DNA of 64,000 bases from an uncultured Verrucomicrobiae bacterium (GCA_963802965.1 CAWDKS010000001.1:202864-266863), one strand, 5' to 3'; counted from the stretch's first letter, positions 25,280 through 39,711 are shown. Numbers and translations are program-made. The notes: generated from the letters alone by a model not told the origin.

Positions 25280-25520
25280 CTCGACCGGGCAGGCGCTTCC
25301 ACTTGTTTTTTCGTGCCGGTTCCTTCCTGAAAGATGGACCGTTTTCTGTCAAACGCGCCGCCGTAATAGCTACAGATGTATTCCGGGGTGTAAACGGTTT
25401 TTTTATGGGAGTTATTCACAGAGATACTCACAGGATATTCACAGGAATTACTGTGTGATCGGGATGGCTTTGGGGTGAGACGGAGAAATCCAAAGCGAAA
25501 TTGACGCGGCCTGTGGTGAT

Positions 25521-26729
25521 TTATGCAATCCAGCCGCCGCCGAGGACCAAATCGTCCTGATAAAACACCGCCGCCTGGCCGGGAGTGATGGCGCGTTGCG
25601 GCGCGTGCAGTTTCACACGGACGGAATTGTTTTCCAGCGGCGTCACCGTCGCAGGTGTGCCGGGATGGTTGTAGCGAATTTTGGTCGTTACTTCGATTGG
25701 CCCGGTCAGGTTGTTGAACGGAATCCAGTTGCAACTGCTCGCGGTGAATTCATCGCGGTCGAGCGCGGATTCGTCGCCGACGACGACCCGATTATTTTCC
25801 GCGTCCAGTTCGACGACGTAAACCGGCTTCGGCGTCGTGATGCCGAGGCCTTTGCGCTGGCCGATGGTGTAAAACTCGATGCCCTCATGATGACCAAGCA
25901 TGTGCCCGTGCAAATCCACAATTTCGCCGCGATGCTTTTGCACGAGGTTGGCCTGCTGGAGAAAGCCGCCGTAATTGTTGTCCGGCACAAAGCAGATTTC
26001 CATGCTCTCCTCCTTGTCAGCGGTCTTGAGCTGGCAATGCCGCGCGACTGCGCGCGTGTCGCTCTTGGTCTTTTCGCCGAGCGGAAACAGCGCGCGCGCG
26101 AGCTGGTCCTGCCGCAGCGAAAACAAAAAGTAGCTCTGGTCCTTCTTCAAATCGCGTCCGCGCTTGAGCAAGTAACGCCCCGTGGTAGGGACGGCGCGCT
26201 GCGCCGTCCGCGCCGCGTTCAGCGGCGCAATAGTTTCGCCCGCTACTTCGCGGGCGAGGACATCGCAGCGCGATGTCCCTACCACAGTAGGATTCGGGGC
26301 GCGCTCAACCCGCGCGAAATGGCCGGTGGCGATGAATTCCGCGCCGAGCTGGTTGGCACGGTCAATGAGCCGGCCGAACTTCAGGTTCTGATTGCACATC
26401 ACGCACGGATTTGGCGTGCGGCCGGCTTTGTATTCGTCGGCGAAGTATTGGATGACGTGCTTTTGGAATTCCGCCGCCTCGTCAATGAGGTAATACGGGA
26501 TGTCGAGCTTGTGGCAGACGGCGCGGGCGTCGGTGACGGCCTGCGGGCCGCAGCATTTGTCCTCGGCGCGGTTGACGCAATCCTGCGGCCAGAGCTTGAG
26601 CGTGATGCCGATGACCTCGTAGCCCTGCTCCAGCAACAGCGCTGCCGTGGCGGAGGAGTCCACTCCTCCGCTCATGCCAACGACCACGCGGATGCGCTTT
26701 TCTAAATTCAACAGGACGCAAATATACAA
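25521..26729 (-). CDS. mnmA: tRNA 2-thiouridine(34) synthase MnmA, carrying an in-frame repeat-derived insert
   Basis: The PP-loop VVVGMSGGVDSS, CCGPQAV, IATGHFARV, KDQSYFLFSL and ICFVPD are present. About 35 extra residues lie between GHFARV and LLKRGRD. Confidence 0.9.
   Translation of the reverse strand: MYICVLLNLEKRIRVVVGMSGGVDSSATAALLLEQGYEVIGITLKLWPQDCVNRAEDKCCGPQAVTDARAVCHKLDIPYYLIDEAAEFQKHVIQYFADEYKAGRTPNPCVMCNQNLKFGRLIDRANQLGAEFIATGHFARVERAPNPTVVGTSRCDVLAREVAGETIAPLNAARTAQRAVPTTGRYLLKRGRDLKKDQSYFLFSLRQDQLARALFPLGEKTKSDTRAVARHCQLKTADKEESMEICFVPDNNYGGFLQQANLVQKHRGEIVDLHGHMLGHHEGIEFYTIGQRKGLGITTPKPVYVVELDAENNRVVVGDESALDRDEFTASSCNWIPFNNLTGPIEVTTKIRYNHPGTPATVTPLENNSVRVKLHAPQRAITPGQAAVFYQDDLVLGGGWIA
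26183..26282. repeat. GGTAGGGAC...GTCCCTACC palindromic element inside the mnmA reading frame
   Basis: GGTAGGGACGGCGCGCTGCGCCGTCC...GGACATCGCAGCGCGATGTCCCTACC has the same termini as the intergenic copy at 1854-1985. It is translated as PNPTVVGTSRCDVLAREVAGETIAPLNAARTAQRAVPTT. Confidence 0.8.
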
Positions 26730-26842
26730 TACGGGCGTTTGGTGTAAATTGGCGATTGGCAGTGCAATTTTGAAAACATTTATTGCGAAACGGTGAAATT
26801 CGGGTAAAAACTAAGCGGATTTGAGGCGTTAACAGCCCTGAA

Positions 26843-31489
<4,647 letters not shown>

Positions 31490-31686
31490 ATTAATATCCT
31501 AATTACTAAATCCTAATGACTAAAAAAGCCCGAATCTCGAATACCGAATGCAGGTGTGTGTGGTTGGTTCTCGCACGACCGCCTGCCGTTTTCGGATTTC
31601 GGGCTTAGGACTTGTTTATGGTTTAGGGCTTAGGATTTCGGGCTTGGAATGTCTCGGCACGAAGTGAACAATGGTTTCTGACAATC

Positions 31687-33171
31687 ATGGGCAAACCCAC
31701 AGGATTTATCGAGTATCTGCGCGAATTGCCGCTGGATCGTTCGGCCACCGAACGCATCCGCGACTGGAACGAATTCCATTTCCACATGGAGGAGGCCAAG
31801 CTCCGCCAGCAGGGCGCGCGCTGCATGGATTGCGGCATCCCGTTCTGCCACACCGGCACGCTCCTGAACGGCATGGCCAGCGGCTGCCCCATCCACAACC
31901 TCATCCCGGAATGGAACGACCTCGTTTATCGCGGCCTGTGGAAGGAAGCGCTCGAACGGCTGCACAAGACGAATAATTTTCCCGACTTCACCGGTCGCGT
32001 CTGTCCGGCCCCCTGCGAAGGCTCCTGCGTCCTCGGCATCAACGCCCCGCCCGTCACCATCAAGAACATCGAGAACGCCATCGCCGAAAAAGGGTGGGAT
32101 GAAGGCTGGATTGTGCCCGAACCGCCGAAGAAACGCACCGGGAAGAAAGTCGCCGTGGTCGGCTCCGGCCCGGCGGGTCTGTGCGCGGCGGCGCAATTGA
32201 ACCGGGCCGGCCACACCGTCACGGTGTTCGAACGCGATGACCGGCCCGGCGGATTGCTGATGTATGGCATCCCGAACATGAAGCTGGACAAGGAACAGGT
32301 CGTTCTGCGCCGCATCAAACAAATGGAAGCCGAAGGCATCCAGTTCGTGTGCAACATCGAAGTCGGCAAAAATTATCCCGCTGAAAAGCTGCTCAAGGAA
32401 TTTGACTCGGCAATTCTTGCGACCGGCGCAACCAAGCCGCGCGACCTGCCCATCGAAGGCCGGAACCTCAAGGGCGTCCATTTTGCGATGGATTTTCTGA
32501 CCGCCAACACCCGCGCGCTGCTGGATCGGCACAAGAACGGGAATTACATTTCCGCCGAAGGCAAGGACGTCATCGTCATCGGCGGCGGCGACACCGGCAC
32601 GGACTGCGTGGGCACGTCGCTCCGCCAGGGCTGCAAGAGCCTGGTGCAGGTTGAAATTTTGCCTCGGCCGCCGGGGGAGCGCGCCAGGGACAATCCATGG
32701 CCGGAATGGCCGAAGATTTACTTTTTGGACTACGGCCAGCAGGAGGCGGCGGCAAAATTTGGCGCCGACCCGCGTGTTTATCTGACCACCGTCAAAAAAT
32801 TCATTGGTGACAATCACGAACAGGTCAAGGAAGTGCTGACCGTCCAGATTCAGTGGGAACGGAACGAAAAGGGCCAGTTCGTGCCGAAGGAAATTCCCGG
32901 TTCGGAAAAAGTCCTGCCGGCCCAGCTCGTGTTGCTGGCGATGGGCTTTCTCGGCCCGGAACAGCCGCTGCTGGACGCCCTCAAGCTCGAGCGCGACCCG
33001 CGCACCAACGTGAAGGCCGAATTCGAAAAATACTCGACGAACCTCAAGGGCGTGTTTGCCGCCGGCGACTGTCGGCGCGGCCAGAGCCTGGTGGTGTGGG
33101 CCTTCAACGAAGGTCGTGGCGCGGCCCGCGAGTGCGACCGCTACCTGATGGGCCAGACGGATTTGCCGTAA
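31687..33171 (+). CDS. gltD: Glutamate synthase small subunit (NADPH)
   Basis: Fe-S Cys clusters CMDCGIPFC and CPAPCEGSC, the dinucleotide folds [11 protein letters not shown] and [13 protein letters not shown], and [15 protein letters not shown]. Confidence 0.95.
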   Translation: MGKPTGFIEYLRELPLDRSATERIRDWNEFHFHMEEAKLRQQGARCMDCGIPFCHTGTLLNGMASGCPIHNLIPEWNDLVYRGLWKEALERLHKTNNFPDFTGRVCPAPCEGSCVLGINAPPVTIKNIENAIAEKGWDEGWIVPEPPKKRTGKKVAVVGSGPAGLCAAAQLNRAGHTVTVFERDDRPGGLLMYGIPNMKLDKEQVVLRRIKQMEAEGIQFVCNIEVGKNYPAEKLLKEFDSAILATGATKPRDLPIEGRNLKGVHFAMDFLTANTRALLDRHKNGNYISAEGKDVIVIGGGDTGTDCVGTSLRQGCKSLVQVEILPRPPGERARDNPWPEWPKIYFLDYGQQEAAAKFGADPRVYLTTVKKFIGDNHEQVKEVLTVQIQWERNEKGQFVPKEIPGSEKVLPAQLVLLAMGFLGPEQPLLDALKLERDPRTNVKAEFEKYSTNLKGVFAAGDCRRGQSLVVWAFNEGRGAARECDRYLMGQTDLP

Positions 33172-33410
33172 TGTCCTTCGCTCATCGGATGGGAGAAGGT
33201 GGCGCAGCCGGATGAGAGGTATAGCCGGACAGGTGAGAGTCATGGTGCAAAAACACTTCAACGCAGAGGCGCAAAGGCCGCAGAGGAACGCAAAGAACTC
33301 AAAACCATTTCAGCCGCAAAAAAGCGCAGAAGGCGCAAATATGGGGATCTGAAAAAACCGCCGGCGCGAAACATTTTGCATTTTTCCCGGCCAAGTTGCA
33401 CGCTGGAGGC

Positions 33411-33785
33411 ATGACGCAACCGCTGGCGCTCGTTTTTTACGAAAAACTCATGCCCGGCAGCCAACTGGTCAACCGGCTGCAGGATTTGAATTATCGCGTC
33501 CAGGCCGTCAACGATGTGGCGTCCTTCCAGCGCTGCGCGCAGAGCGAAGGGCCCATGCTGGTATTCGTGGATTTGGAATCGAAGGAGGACGACGTTTGTC
33601 AGGCGATTGCCGCGCTAAAATCCGATACGGCCACGCAACATATTCCGGTTGTGGCATTTGCGAGCGAACAGGCCGGGGAACTGCAGGCCGCCGCCCAGAA
33701 AGCCGGGGCAAAACTCGTCGTCAGCGAAACCGCGTTGCTGGATCATCTGCCGGAACTGTTGAATCAGGCACTTCAGGTTGAGTAA
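33411..33785 (+). CDS. Stand-alone CheY-like receiver domain protein (atypical acidic pocket)
   Basis: 124 aa with an alpha/beta receiver pattern. The putative phospho-Asp is in LVFVDLES, but the N-terminal DD pair is replaced (VFYEK). Confidence 0.6.
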   Translation: MTQPLALVFYEKLMPGSQLVNRLQDLNYRVQAVNDVASFQRCAQSEGPMLVFVDLESKEDDVCQAIAALKSDTATQHIPVVAFASEQAGELQAAAQKAGAKLVVSETALLDHLPELLNQALQVE

Positions 33786-33800
33786 CCCCAAAACTTATGC

Positions 33801-33829
33801 TTGACGAAAACCGCCCTAACCTTTACGCT
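33801..33829 (+). promoter_or_regulatory. Candidate promoter of the cold-shock gene (long 5' UTR)
   Basis: TTGACG-17 nt-TACGCT lies about 115 nt upstream of the ATG. An AGGAG Shine-Dalgarno sequence sits at 33932-33936. Confidence 0.4.
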
Positions 33830-33942
33830 CATCCCGAATTGAGGCATGAACTGTTTTCTAAAGTAATTTGCGGACATTAGCTGTTTTCCAGTGGTGTCCG
33901 TTTTTATTTTGAGCGGCAACCTCAAAAAGTCAGGAGTTGGAT

Positions 33943-34152
33943 ATGGCTAGCGGCAAAGTAAAGTGGTTCGATAACAAAAAAGGGTTCGGCTTTATCGCCC
34001 AGGGCACCGGCCAGGACGTCTTCGTGCATCACTCGTCCATCATCGGCGCCGGATTCAAAACACTCAACGAAGGCGAAGAAGTCTCTTTTGAGATCGTATC
34101 CAGCGACAAAGGTTTGAAGGCCCAAAACGTGCAACGCCTTTCTCCCTCGTAG
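33943..34152 (+). CDS. Cold-shock protein (CspA family)
   Basis: [15 protein letters not shown] (RNP1) and DVFVHHS (RNP2). Confidence 0.93.
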   Translation: MASGKVKWFDNKKGFGFIAQGTGQDVFVHHSSIIGAGFKTLNEGEEVSFEIVSSDKGLKAQNVQRLSPS

Positions 34153-34237
34153 CGGGGCTTGCAGCGTGTCAGGTTGGACAATTTCGCGGCGGCGGTTTTC
34201 GTTCGCCAGTGCCGGGAAAGGAAGCTAATTTGTGTCC

Positions 34238-35455
34238 ATGCCGGTCATCTCCGCGGCCCGCGTCGCGAGCCTTTACATTCACGTCCCGTTCTGCGCGCAG
34301 AAATGCGCGTATTGCGCCTTTTATTCCGAACCGTCGGGCGGCGAACTGGTCAATCGCTACGTCGCCGCGCTGATTCGTGAGTTGGAAATGGTCGCGGACG
34401 ATCTCAAGCCCAAAACGGTTTTCTTTGGCGGCGGCACGCCGTCGCTGCTGAATCTCCGGCAATGGGAATTAATCCTCCGGGCCATGGAACGCCTGCATCT
34501 ACTCGAAGCCAATGAATTCACCGTCGAGTGCAATCCCGCCACGGTGTCGGCCGACAAGGCGAAATTGCTCCGGGACTCCGGCGCGAACCGGATTTCGATG
34601 GGCGTGCAGTCGCTCGATGAAAAATTGCTCGACCGGCTCGGTCGCATTCATACGCGGGAGATGGTCTTCAAATCGTTCGATATTTTGCGGCGCGCCGGTT
34701 TCGACAATCTTAACCTCGACCTCATGTTCGCGATTCCCGGCCAGACGATGGACATCTGGCGCGCGACCTTGAACGAAGCCGTCGCCATGCAGAGCGAACA
34801 CCTTTCCAGCTACGAAGTCATTTACGAGGACGACACGCCGCTGTTCGCCCAGCTGCAAGCCGGCAAATTTGCCACGGATGAGGATCTGGCCTGCGCGATG
34901 TATGAAGAACTCGTTGAGCGGGCGACGGCCGCCGGATTCCGGCAATATGAAGTCGCCAACTTTGCCAAAGACGAACTCCTCTCCCGGCCTGCGGCCACCC
35001 TCTCCCCGCCCGGCGGGGAGAGGGACGGGGCGAGGGGCGTTGAAATTCCGTTCCGGGCCTGCAAGCACAACGTGAATTACTGGCGCGGCGGCTCGTTTTA
35101 CGGGCTGGGTCCCAGCGCGACAAGTTACGTCCGCGGTGTGCGGACAAAAAACCGGCCGAACACGCGGCTTTATTGCGAGCAGCTCGAAAAGGGAAAACGC
35201 GCCGTAGAATCGCGCGAGGAATTGCCGCCGTTGTCGCGCGCCGGCGAAACCGCCGCGTTCGGTTTGCGCATGGTGGCCGGCTGGCCGTTTGAGGAATTTC
35301 AACGCGCGACCAGCTTTGATTTGCGCCGCGAATGGCCGGCGGAAATGAGCCAGTTGACGGCGCGCGGTTGGGCGGAAATTTTGCCGGATGGTTTTCACCT
35401 CACGCGCCATGGATTGCGCTTTGCTGATTCCGCGGCGGAACTGTTTTTGCGATGA
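34238..35455 (+). CDS. hemW: Radical-SAM heme chaperone HemW (oxygen-independent coproporphyrinogen-III-oxidase-like), with in-frame repeat insert
   Basis: LYIHVPFCAQKCAYCAF (CxxxCxxC), FFGGGTPS, RISMGVQS and HNVNYW. About 25 extra residues lie before HNVNYW. Confidence 0.88.
   Translation: MPVISAARVASLYIHVPFCAQKCAYCAFYSEPSGGELVNRYVAALIRELEMVADDLKPKTVFFGGGTPSLLNLRQWELILRAMERLHLLEANEFTVECNPATVSADKAKLLRDSGANRISMGVQSLDEKLLDRLGRIHTREMVFKSFDILRRAGFDNLNLDLMFAIPGQTMDIWRATLNEAVAMQSEHLSSYEVIYEDDTPLFAQLQAGKFATDEDLACAMYEELVERATAAGFRQYEVANFAKDELLSRPAATLSPPGGERDGARGVEIPFRACKHNVNYWRGGSFYGLGPSATSYVRGVRTKNRPNTRLYCEQLEKGKRAVESREELPPLSRAGETAAFGLRMVAGWPFEEFQRATSFDLRREWPAEMSQLTARGWAEILPDGFHLTRHGLRFADSAAELFLR
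34997..35038. repeat. Half-copy of the ...CTCTCC-GGAGAGGG...GGGG family inside hemW
   Basis: CACCCTCTCCCCGCCCGGCGGGGAGAGGGACGGGGCGAGGGGCG is translated as TLSPPGGERDGARG. Compare the right arm of the 2101-2257 element. Confidence 0.65.
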
Positions 35456-35458
35456 AAA

Positions 35459-35516
35459 GGGAGGGACGGCGTGCCGCCGTCCCCAAATTCAGGGTCGTCG
35501 GCACGGCGACCCTCCC
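35459..35516. repeat. Twin-hairpin GGGAGGGACG family element between convergent hemW and kinase genes
   Basis: GGGAGGGACGGCGTGCCGCCGTCCCCaaattcaGGGTCGTCGGCACGGCGACCCTCCC. Confidence 0.8.
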
Positions 35517-35520
35517 GGCT

Positions 35521-37035
35521 TCAAGTTATCGGCAGCCGCACGGTAAAGGTCGTCCCGGCATTTTCCTTGCGCGAAACTTCAATCGTTCCGCCGTGCGCCT
35601 CGACCACGGCCTTCGAAATGGCCAGTCCCAAGCCAGCATTGCCGTTGGAAGCGGTCCGTGATTTGTCGGCGCGATAAAATCGTTCAAATACATGCGGCAA
35701 ATCTTCGGCTGAAATTCCCCGTCCTGTGTCGGCGACCGTCAGCACGGCCAGCCCCCCTTGCGGTTCCAATTTCACGCGCACTTCGCCGCCGGCATGATTG
35801 TATTGGATGGCGTTGGTCAGCAGGTTGGTGACGACCTGCGCGAGCCGCCCGGAATCGCCGGCAATTTGCAGCGGCGCGAGTTCGGAGATAATTTTCACAC
35901 CGCGTTCATTGGCCAGCGGCCGGACGAGTTCCACGCATTCGTTGGCCGCTTGGGAAAGATCGAAACGCAGCCGTTTCAAGGTTTCCTGCCCGGCATCGAG
36001 GCGGGCGAGTTCGAGGAGCGATTCAATCAACTTGCGCATGCGCTGGGATGCGCGCTGGCAGGCTTCGAGCGTTTCCCGATATTCGGCGGCGGTCCGTTCG
36101 CGGTTCAAGGCGGTCTGCGTTTGCGTGAGCATCACCGAAACCGGCGTGCGGAGTTCATGCGCGGCGTCGGAGGTGAATTGTTGTTGCTGCGCGAATGCGG
36201 CGTCGAGCCGGGCGAAGGTGGAATTGAGCACGGCGGCAAGTTTGCCCAGTTCGCTTTCGGCCTCGGCGACGTTGATGCGCTGCGACAAATCCCCGGCGGA
36301 GATTTTCACGGCGGTTGCGCTGATGTCGTCAATCGGTTTGATGGCGCGGGAGACCAGCCACCAGCCGCCGGCGAGGCCAATGAGCAAAATCAAGCCGCCA
36401 ACCGCAGTCAAATTCAAGGCCGTGCGATGAAGCTCTTTCAACTCCGGCGCGATGGAACAGCCTACCTCAATGAACTCTCCGGATGGTAATATGTCCGCGA
36501 TGAATTGATAGTCTTGAAAAATAATCGGTTTTAGTGGAATTGGCGGATTTCCCGGCAGATTGTCAACGTGATTTACCTGTCCTAAAAAGTGATTAGAGAC
36601 AATCACGGCTTGAGGTTGCGAGTAGTTGTCCGAGCGCGCGATTTCCCTGTTGCCATGCACGTTGAGCAATTCGATTCTGAAAGAAAAACCATTTGGATCG
36701 TTGGTTCCAAAAAAATGAGCGTCTTCCGGTGGCAGATGAAATTCAGGCAAAGGACGATTTTTCTGCAAAATTGGCGGGCCGTCGTCGGGAAGTTGGTCGG
36801 GTGGCGGTCGGTCAAAAGGTTGTTCTTGTTCGTTTCCGTCCGTCCGGCGCGGTGGCGGATGATGAAGTGCATTTGCCAAAACACTAACGCGACGATGCAA
36901 TTCATCGTCAATCCGGCGGAACTGCCGGTTGCGCTCTAGTTGATACGCCGTAAAGCCGAAGCCCGCCAGCACGACCACGAGGATGAGGCCATACCAGAGC
37001 TGCAGCCGCCACTTGATGGATTTGAAAACCTTCAT
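35521..37035 (-). CDS. Sensor histidine kinase (heavy-metal CusS/CopS-like architecture)
   Basis: TM1, a roughly 170-aa periplasmic domain, TM2, a HAMP domain, the HisKA H-box FTSDAAHELRTPVS, and the HATPase N, G1 and G2 boxes (NAIQYN, DTGRGI, GLGLAI). Confidence 0.88.
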   Translation of the reverse strand: MKVFKSIKWRLQLWYGLILVVVLAGFGFTAYQLERNRQFRRIDDELHRRVSVLANALHHPPPRRTDGNEQEQPFDRPPPDQLPDDGPPILQKNRPLPEFHLPPEDAHFFGTNDPNGFSFRIELLNVHGNREIARSDNYSQPQAVIVSNHFLGQVNHVDNLPGNPPIPLKPIIFQDYQFIADILPSGEFIEVGCSIAPELKELHRTALNLTAVGGLILLIGLAGGWWLVSRAIKPIDDISATAVKISAGDLSQRINVAEAESELGKLAAVLNSTFARLDAAFAQQQQFTSDAAHELRTPVSVMLTQTQTALNRERTAAEYRETLEACQRASQRMRKLIESLLELARLDAGQETLKRLRFDLSQAANECVELVRPLANERGVKIISELAPLQIAGDSGRLAQVVTNLLTNAIQYNHAGGEVRVKLEPQGGLAVLTVADTGRGISAEDLPHVFERFYRADKSRTASNGNAGLGLAISKAVVEAHGGTIEVSRKENAGTTFTVRLPIT

Positions 37036-37040
37036 TCGAT

Positions 37041-37104
37041 TCGGAGGGACGAGCTCTGCGAGTCCCATTTCAAATTCAGGGGTTCGTGGAACTCGTCCCT
37101 CCGA
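37041..37104. repeat. CGGAGGGACGAG...CTCGTCCCTCCG palindromic element in the regulator-kinase spacer
   Basis: TCGGAGGGACGAGCTCTGCGAGTCCC...GGTTCGTGGAACTCGTCCCTCCGA. Relatives occur at 58409 (inside pheT) and 63661. Confidence 0.8.
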
Positions 37105-37117
37105 TGTTCAATTATTT

Positions 37118-37768
37118 TCACTCAATGCAATAGCCATGGCCACGGCGGGTGGTGATGAATTCCGCGCCGAGCTTTTTGCGGACATTGGAAACGTGAACGT
37201 CCAGCAGGTTGGAAAGCGTCGAATCGTTTTCGTCGAACAGATGCTCGTAAAGCTGCGTGCGCGTGACCACTTCGCCGCGATGCAGCGCGAGGAATGCCAC
37301 CAGCGCATATTCGCGGGCGGTGAGTTCCACCGGCTTTGCCTTGAGCAAGACGTTCCGCGCAGCCGTGTCAATTGTCACGTCGCCGATTTCGATGACGTTC
37401 GTCGTCTTGTTCGCGCTGCGGCGGATGAGCGCGCGAAGACGGGCGAAGAGTTCCGTGAGGTCGAACGGTTTGACGACGTAATCGTCGGCCCCGGTGTCGA
37501 GGCCCTTGACGCGGTCGCGGGACTGGTCGCGCGCGGTGAGCATCAGCACGGGCGTCTTTTTGGTTCGGCGCAGGCGCTTCAAAATTTCCCAGCCATCCAG
37601 TTTGGGCAGCATCACATCGAGCACGATGGCGTCGTAGTCGCAGCCCTCGGCGTTGAACAGCCCGTCCTCGCCGTTGTTGGCGGTGTCCACGGCGTAGCCT
37701 TCCTCGCGCAACGCCTGGGCGAGGCTGCGGAGCAGGTCGGGCTCGTCTTCCACAATCAGGATTCTCAT
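37118..37768 (-). CDS. OmpR-family response regulator (CusR/CopR-like)
   Basis: MRILIVEDEPDL...DAIVLDVMLPKLDGWEIL...VLMLTARD...GADDYVVKPF plus a winged-helix C-domain ending RGHGYCIE. Confidence 0.9.
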   Translation of the reverse strand: MRILIVEDEPDLLRSLAQALREEGYAVDTANNGEDGLFNAEGCDYDAIVLDVMLPKLDGWEILKRLRRTKKTPVLMLTARDQSRDRVKGLDTGADDYVVKPFDLTELFARLRALIRRSANKTTNVIEIGDVTIDTAARNVLLKAKPVELTAREYALVAFLALHRGEVVTRTQLYEHLFDENDSTLSNLLDVHVSNVRKKLGAEFITTRRGHGYCIE

Positions 37769-37932
37769 TTTCGCCGTGGCCGCGGCTGGTTTAACACAAC
37801 CGTGTCCCGGCGTCACTCTCGCAGGCGCAACCTTAAGGGAACATGAAGCCGTGACGGGAAAATTGTTGGGCGGGTGGATAACTAATTTCAACCTTCACGT
37901 TTTCTTAAGGTTCATGCGTGTAAAATGGCGGC

Positions 37933-39711
37933 ATGAAAATTCAAATTCACATCCGCGCCAGAATCAACCGGACAAATTTCATCGCCGCGTCTGCGGGAAT
38001 GGTTCTCGCGTTGGCGGCCATCGCCCGCGCCGATGACCCGCGGACGAATTCGTGGTTCACGGCGTATGCCGGCCAATACGCGCGCATTTACACAAATGAC
38101 GCGGCAAAGTCCGCAGGCAATGCCGTCGCGACCTGGAGCAACGGGACGCTGACGCAATCGTCGCCCGCGTATTGCGGCGTGCAGGAAATTTATTCCTCGA
38201 CGAACTGGGTTTATGTCCGCAGCACCGGCCTCGCCGGTTACAACATGGGGCCGTGGTATTTGGATGCGCAGCACACGACAATCTTTCCCAATTGGCCGGT
38301 GAACCAAAAGTTGTTCTTCCGGTTTCCGCGCACGAATGGCGTGCCGACGACGAAAACGCCCACCGGGGGCGGGCAGATCGGCATTTTTGTGGACGGCGTG
38401 GAAATGTTCAACAGTTGGGACGCCTTTTATTGGAACGGTTCGGCGGATGTCAGCGGCGGCGGCACGGGCTATTGGAACCGCGACGCCTACGTGAACGAGG
38501 GCGTCACCTTCGACGCTGGTTACGCGCATCAACAGAACACCGGCACGTATCATTATCACGCTGACCCGATTGCGTTGCGTTACCTGCTCGGCGACCATGT
38601 GAATTTTGATCCGGCGGCGAAAACTTACAGCGAATCCACAAACGCGCCGACGAAACATTCGCCGATTCTCGCGTGGACGGCGGATGGTTTTCCGCTCTAC
38701 GGGCCTTACGGATATGCCAACGCGACCAACGCCGGCAGCGGCGTCCGCCGGATGATTTCCGGCTACGTCATTCGCAACGGTCAATACGGCACGAGCAATC
38801 TCACCGCGAATGGCCGCACAACGATTCCGCAATGGGCGGTGAGAATTTTCAACGTGAGTTCAAATCAAACCGGCCCGAACGTCAGCACGAGTTATCCGCT
38901 CGGCCGTTACATGGAGGATAATGATTATCTCGGCGACCACGGCTACACGCAGGGTGTTGATTTCGATTTGGACGAATACAACGGCCGCTGGTGCGTCACG
39001 CCGGAATTTCCGAACGGCACTTACGCTTACTTTGTCGCGATTGATTCCAACGGCGTCCCGGTCTTTCCCTACAACATCGGTCGCGGTTATTACGGCAGCC
39101 CGGTCGGCGGCAGCGTTTCGACCATTTCGGAAACGGTCGTGACGAATTTCCTCGGCAACACCAATTTGACTTCAAGCCTCGGCACACCCGGCGTGAACAA
39201 CGGAACGGTCACGTTGACCTGGAGCGCGGTCGAAGGCGGCAGTTACCAGGTCGAGGCCACGACGAATCTTGCAAGCTCGTCAGGCTGGACGGCTCTCACT
39301 ACCGGCGTTTCGCCAAATCAAATCACCGGTGGTTACACGAATGTCACGTCGCTTGATAAGGGGTTTTACCGCGTTGGACGGACTTCCGTTGCAACTTTCG
39401 ACAGCGCGGGAACGACAACATTTTCGACGGGTTCCGTTGCACCCGGAGGCAGTGCCAGCCGCGGCTCGACCGTCACCGTGACCATCACTATGCCGGGTTC
39501 GCCGCCATGGCCGCCGGCAAACGCACCCATCACCAGCGTCGTGCTTGCGGGCAGCATCAGCGGCACGAGCATTTCGGATTCGACGCAAGGCACCGTCGTC
39601 GCCACGTTCACAATTCCGGCGAATGCATCCACGGGAGCGCAAAACATTGTCGTCACTTTTCAAAGTCCCGGCCCGACTTACACGCTCACGGACGGTTTCG
39701 CCATCAACTAA
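37933..39711 (+). CDS. Secreted YHYH-domain protein with C-terminal beta-sandwich domains
   Basis: A signal peptide and the eponymous motif NTGTYHYHADPIALRYLLG. FPLYGPYGY is also present. The C-terminal region contains YQVEATTNLASSSGWTAL...FYRVG and an IPT-like segment. Confidence 0.8.
   Translation: MKIQIHIRARINRTNFIAASAGMVLALAAIARADDPRTNSWFTAYAGQYARIYTNDAAKSAGNAVATWSNGTLTQSSPAYCGVQEIYSSTNWVYVRSTGLAGYNMGPWYLDAQHTTIFPNWPVNQKLFFRFPRTNGVPTTKTPTGGGQIGIFVDGVEMFNSWDAFYWNGSADVSGGGTGYWNRDAYVNEGVTFDAGYAHQQNTGTYHYHADPIALRYLLGDHVNFDPAAKTYSESTNAPTKHSPILAWTADGFPLYGPYGYANATNAGSGVRRMISGYVIRNGQYGTSNLTANGRTTIPQWAVRIFNVSSNQTGPNVSTSYPLGRYMEDNDYLGDHGYTQGVDFDLDEYNGRWCVTPEFPNGTYAYFVAIDSNGVPVFPYNIGRGYYGSPVGGSVSTISETVVTNFLGNTNLTSSLGTPGVNNGTVTLTWSAVEGGSYQVEATTNLASSSGWTALTTGVSPNQITGGYTNVTSLDKGFYRVGRTSVATFDSAGTTTFSTGSVAPGGSASRGSTVTVTITMPGSPPWPPANAPITSVVLAGSISGTSISDSTQGTVVATFTIPANASTGAQNIVVTFQSPGPTYTLTDGFAIN

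Noticed and set aside
31630-33261. A 543-aa ORF antisense to gltD.
   Set aside because: It is a shadow ORF with no recognisable motifs, and the opposite strand encodes a complete GltD.
33199-33414. A 71-aa ORF (…TLQRRGAKAAEERKELKTISAAKKRRRRK…) between gltD and the receiver gene.
   Set aside because: The sequence looks like a dispersed AGAGGCGCAAAGGCCGCAGAGGAA-type repeat read through in frame. It has no start context and no recognisable fold.
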